Positions 60,449-64,000 of a DNA stretch of 64,000 nt are shown here, piece after piece (within the stretch, counting starts at the first letter, position 1; each line of letters opens with the position of its first letter). The stretch spans positions 2,688,001-2,752,000 of the forward strand of contig OZ242180.1 in NCBI GenBank assembly GCA_965205485.1, given 5' to 3'. The position numbers and the translations under genes were made by a program. Source of the DNA: Candidatus Latescibacterota bacterium (GTDB lineage Bacteria > Latescibacterota > UBA2968 > GCA-2709665). The notes under the pieces are model-generated. The model did not search any database, was not told the DNA's origin, and saw only the letters and a program-made list of their open reading frames with translations.

Positions 60449-61875
60449 GCGTCGAATCCCTGCCGCATGCTTTGCTCGTCCAGGTTTCGGCCGATGAAGA
60501 CGAGCTGATTTCGCCGGAGCGCGTCGCCCCACGGCTGGTCCGGCTGGCCGTCAAAGAGCATGTGAACCCCCTGGAAGACGAAGCGACGCGACTCGCCGGC
60601 AAGGCTGATGAAGCCCTTCATTCGGAAGATGTCAACCCCACGTTCGGCGAGCAGCCTGCCAAGCCAGTCGTTGAGCCTTTCGAGATCGACGTCGCCGTTC
60701 CTCTCGATCGCGATCGAGCCCACCTCGTCGTCGTGTTCGTGCTGCGCGACCCAGGTCCGCTCGACCTCGATGGGAACCACCGCTCCGTTGACGCGGGGGA
60801 CGCCGTTCCCTGTGGCGGCAAGATTAGAGCGCGGACTGTCCTCCAGCCTGAGTGTCGCTCCATCCGCGTTCTTCAACTGGAGATCGAACTCCTCCGCGAT
60901 ATGCTGGGCGTAGAGGCCAACCCGCGCCCGCGTATCGACCTCGAGAAAGAACGACTTGCGCCCCGGAGCGTCGAGCCAAAGGGTCACATGCTTTCCAACC
61001 GGTATTTCTCCCCCCGGGTGAATGAGTTCCGCGGGTTGAGCGTACCGCCGCACGCACCACTCAGCACCCTCTCGGAGGGCGGCGTCATTGGTGCCCTGAT
61101 CGGGCGCGACGACGAGAGACATCGCCGGATCGGGTCCATCGGCGAGGCTGAGTTCGTAGCGGCCGATATCGAGCGAGTAGACGCCAGTCCATTCGAACGG
61201 GTACTCCGGCTCGAGGAAGGAGGGTCGACGCTCGAGCGCCTGGTCAAGGTCGAAGGCGTTGAGGTTGAGTACGGTATCGAGGGAGACGTTCGCCCGCTCG
61301 CAACGCACGACTCGCGCCATCTGATTCATGTCTCGCAGCCGGGCTTCGAGCGTGTCGAGCGCCTCGCCGTTCACGAGGTCCGTTTTGTTGAGAACGAGGA
61401 CGTCGGCGAACGCGACCTGCTCCGTACTCTCGTCGCTCCGGCCGAGCTGCTGCTCGATGTGGGCTGCATCGACGAGGGTGACGATCCCGTCGAGCGAGAA
61501 CTCCTCGCGAATCTCGTCGTCCATGAAGAAGGTCTGAGCGACCGGACCGGGGTCGGCAAGCCCGGTGGTTTCCACCAGAACATAGTCGAACTTGTCACGG
61601 CGCTTCATGAGATTGCCGAGTACGCGAATCAGGTCTCCGCGCACCGTGCAGCAGATGCAGCCGTTCGACATCTCGAAGATCTCCTCGTCAGCATTGATGA
61701 CAAGCGCCTGATCGATGCCGACCTCCCCGTACTCATTCTCGATCACGGCAATGCGCTTGCCGTGCTCCTCGCTCAAGATGCGGTTGAGCAGGGTCGTCTT
61801 GCCGGAGCCGAGGAAGCCGGTAAGGATTGTGACGGGTACTCTTCGAGGGGGAATCTCCAAATTCGGCGTGTTCAT
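60436..61875 (-). CDS. COG0523/CobW-family metallochaperone GTPase
   Basis: GFLGSGKTT, GCICC, ETTGLADP, NKTD; CobW_C (FQGVH, LVFIG). Confidence 0.95.
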   Translation of the reverse strand: MNTPNLEIPPRRVPVTILTGFLGSGKTTLLNRILSEEHGKRIAVIENEYGEVGIDQALVINADEEIFEMSNGCICCTVRGDLIRVLGNLMKRRDKFDYVLVETTGLADPGPVAQTFFMDDEIREEFSLDGIVTLVDAAHIEQQLGRSDESTEQVAFADVLVLNKTDLVNGEALDTLEARLRDMNQMARVVRCERANVSLDTVLNLNAFDLDQALERRPSFLEPEYPFEWTGVYSLDIGRYELSLADGPDPAMSLVVAPDQGTNDAALREGAEWCVRRYAQPAELIHPGGEIPVGKHVTLWLDAPGRKSFFLEVDTRARVGLYAQHIAEEFDLQLKNADGATLRLEDSPRSNLAATGNGVPRVNGAVVPIEVERTWVAQHEHDDEVGSIAIERNGDVDLERLNDWLGRLLAERGVDIFRMKGFISLAGESRRFVFQGVHMLFDGQPDQPWGDALRRNQLVFIGRNLDEQSMRQGFDACLV

Positions 61876-62049
61876 CTAGTCCTCCTTGTGTTCTGTCCCG
61901 GAAATAAGTTGCCTGAATTCGACCGCCGAGTCGCCCGGCTCGCAAGGCGCCAGAGCGCAGGCGACCTGCGTATGGTCGGCGAGCGAGGGGAACACAGCGA
62001 GACGGGATGAATCGCCGGTCGAATGGCGAGGAATTTTCGGGACAGGACA

Positions 62050-62349
62050 CTAAAGCAGCGGTTCGAGTTTTGGAAGTTGGACGTCGAATCCCCACGCCGT
62101 GCAGACCTGGACCAGGTCTTCGGCGTCAACGGCGTCCGTGGGTTTGTGAAGCTTGTGTTGTAACGGTTGGGCATCGCGCCGAAGCAGAGCGACCACGGTT
62201 TCAACAGGCGCGCAGCCTTCTTCAAGGCATGCCAATTCGGTGACCGAAATCGTCGTGTCATCGGAGAGGCTTAGCGCTTCGCGCAATGCGTTTTTAATCT
62301 GGCGAACCCGTTCGCGGTTGGGGCGGCGTGGAGATGTGTTGATCAACAT
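62050..62349 (-). CDS. Small hypothetical protein with CxxxxC motif
   Basis: TELACLEEGCAPVET; overlaps the zur stop. Confidence 0.7.
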   Translation of the reverse strand: MLINTSPRRPNRERVRQIKNALREALSLSDDTTISVTELACLEEGCAPVETVVALLRRDAQPLQHKLHKPTDAVDAEDLVQVCTAWGFDVQLPKLEPLL

Positions 62350-62807
62350 ATTCCCTCTTCTCCCTCTGAAATGCACTGCGCACAGGTTCCCAGCAGTTCG
62401 ACGACCGGACGCTTCGTACGGAATCCAATCTCCTTGCCTGCCGCTTTCAGGCTCCTGGCAACATTGGGGTCTTCAACCTCGTCCACTTCGCCGCAGTCAT
62501 CGCAGATCAGGAACTGGCTGGTGTGCGGATGATCCGGATGTGCACAGCCCACGTATGCGCTCAGGCTCTCGAGCTTGTGCGCCAGTCCCTGTTCGAGCAG
62601 GAAACTCAATGCCCGGTAGACCGTCGGCGGTGCGGGGTTCTTGACATAGCCGCGCATGCGCTCCAATAGCACGTAAGCGCTGAGCGGTTTTTCCGATACG
62701 CACAACAGCTCAAGAACGGTCTTGCGCTGTTTGCTCAGCCGCAGGCCGCGCTCACGGCACAGCGCCTCGGCTCGATCCAGTACATGGGAAAGCGCTTTGT
62801 TATTCAC
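62343..62807 (-). CDS. zur: Zur-like Fur-family regulator
   Basis: PPTVYRAL.FL, HKLES, CDDC, CAQC; next to zinc ABC genes. Confidence 0.85.
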   Translation of the reverse strand: MNNKALSHVLDRAEALCRERGLRLSKQRKTVLELLCVSEKPLSAYVLLERMRGYVKNPAPPTVYRALSFLLEQGLAHKLESLSAYVGCAHPDHPHTSQFLICDDCGEVDEVEDPNVARSLKAAGKEIGFRTKRPVVELLGTCAQCISEGEEGIC

Positions 62808-63820
62808 GGGCTTCTCCTCGCCACGCACCTCTCGTGGCAGCTGGTTGCGCACGGCGGCGATCGAGGACTTGCGTCAGCTCCTCGGACAAGACATACACCC
62901 CTGGTCACTGAACCCGATGAGTCGCACAGGGCGGCGACCAGCGTCAGGACGTTGTGCAGCATCATGTCAAGGTGGGTACCGGCCGGCCCGTCCGCCTTCG
63001 ACAGAGCGTCGGAATAGAGCGTGCCGCCGATCTGCGCTCCGGTTTCCCGGACGATCTGGTCGAGCAGGCGGCGGTCGGAGATGTTCTCGACGAAGACGGC
63101 CGGAATCTTTTCCCTGTTGATCTGACGAATCAGCCTGGCGACGTCACCCGCGGACGCCTCCGCTTCGGTGCTGAACCCGACCGGCGCGTGAAACTCGATA
63201 CCGTAGGCTGCCGACAGGTAGCCAAAGGCGTCATGGGACGTGACCACCTTGCGCCGTTCGACCGGCAGCGAATCAATTGCCTTGCGAACATGTGCCTCGA
63301 CCGCGTCGATCTCCTCCAGGTAGCGCGCCGCGCTGCCTCGATAGATTTCGGCCCCCGCAGGGTCGATCGCAGCCAATCCGTCGGCGATGTTGCGGACGTA
63401 GATCCGGGCATTGGCAAGACTCTGCCAGGCATGGGGATCGATCTCGCCGCCGTCGCGATCCGATAACATCCGGGGTTCGATGCCGCTTGTCGTTGTCACG
63501 ACCGGCCCCCTGTAGCCGGATGCCTCCGTGAGACGGTCTATCCAGCCCTCAAAGCCCAATCCATTGACGACCAACAGCCTGGCCCCGGCGACGGCCCGCG
63601 CGTCGGCCGGAGTCGGCCGATAGACGTGCGCGTCACTGTCGGGGCCTACGAGGGTGGTGACGCGCACCCGATCACCGCCTACCTGCCGGACCATATCACC
63701 CAGGATGCTGAACGATGCGACAACGTCGATGGGTGCATCGGCGCCGACGGTCCCCGAACCTGACACGGCGATCAAACAAGCGGCGAAGACGGAAAACAGG
63801 ATAGATCGCTTCGATGTCAT
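62804..63820 (-). CDS. Zinc/manganese ABC substrate-binding protein (ZnuA/AztC-like)
   Basis: DAHVY, NGLGFEGW, DPHAW, SHDAFGY, LYSDAL. Confidence 0.9.
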   Translation of the reverse strand: MTSKRSILFSVFAACLIAVSGSGTVGADAPIDVVASFSILGDMVRQVGGDRVRVTTLVGPDSDAHVYRPTPADARAVAGARLLVVNGLGFEGWIDRLTEASGYRGPVVTTTSGIEPRMLSDRDGGEIDPHAWQSLANARIYVRNIADGLAAIDPAGAEIYRGSAARYLEEIDAVEAHVRKAIDSLPVERRKVVTSHDAFGYLSAAYGIEFHAPVGFSTEAEASAGDVARLIRQINREKIPAVFVENISDRRLLDQIVRETGAQIGGTLYSDALSKADGPAGTHLDMMLHNVLTLVAALCDSSGSVTRGVCLVRGADASPRSPPCATSCHERCVARRSP

Positions 63821-63847
63821 AGGCTTACTCGTAGTTCTGTATTAAAA

Positions 63848-64000
63848 TCATGCTTCCAGATGACGGCGTGGCTTGAGACGCGTCATGATGACGCCGTCAG
63901 GCCCGAAGGACAGCGAGAACAGATAGAACGCTCCCGCCGTCAGGATGATGGCGGGGCCGGAAGGCAGACTGGCGTAATAGGACAACAACAGGCCCACGAA
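63848..64000 (-). CDS. Metal ABC permease (ZnuB/AztB-like), 3' end only
   Basis: My translation: FVGLLLSYYASLPSGPAIILTAGAFYLFSLSFGPDGVIMTRLKPRRHLEA*. Confidence 0.85.
   Translation of the reverse strand, partial: FVGLLLSYYASLPSGPAIILTAGAFYLFSLSFGPDGVIMTRLKPRRHLEA

Overview
This GC-rich bacterial window most resembles an FCB-group (Latescibacterota/Gemmatimonadota-like, possibly sponge-associated) genome; the taxonomy is inferred from gene content only. (1) 1-24.7 kb: secreted mosaic proteins (LRR, WD40, GIWSDGTTMWVAD repeats, FN3, HEXXH metallopeptidases). Eight carry a dockerin-like double EF-hand of two sequence types, and one also has two cohesin-like domains. An aldo-keto reductase, an Nramp transporter, a TPR lipoprotein and enolase are interspersed. 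(2) 24.8-34 kb: a T9SS-like outer-membrane locus (PorV family, CTD-bearing M6-like protein, TolB/Omp85 protein with a MITE in its signal peptide). (3) 34-44 kb: housekeeping genes with MITEs and REPs. (4) 44.4-57.6 kb: a cas-less defence island led by a WYL regulator. It holds two UDG-fold proteins, an EEP nuclease, and a DUF6361-PLD-SF2 helicase triad. The main discovery is eight dispersed CRISPR-like repeats of two families. Four sit directly as 5' leaders/RBS of genes, including two 58-aa paralogous ORFs absent from the ORF track, which suggests Cas-endoribonuclease-controlled gene expression. (5) 58.9-64 kb: a Zur/ZnuAB/COG0523 zinc-uptake cluster.
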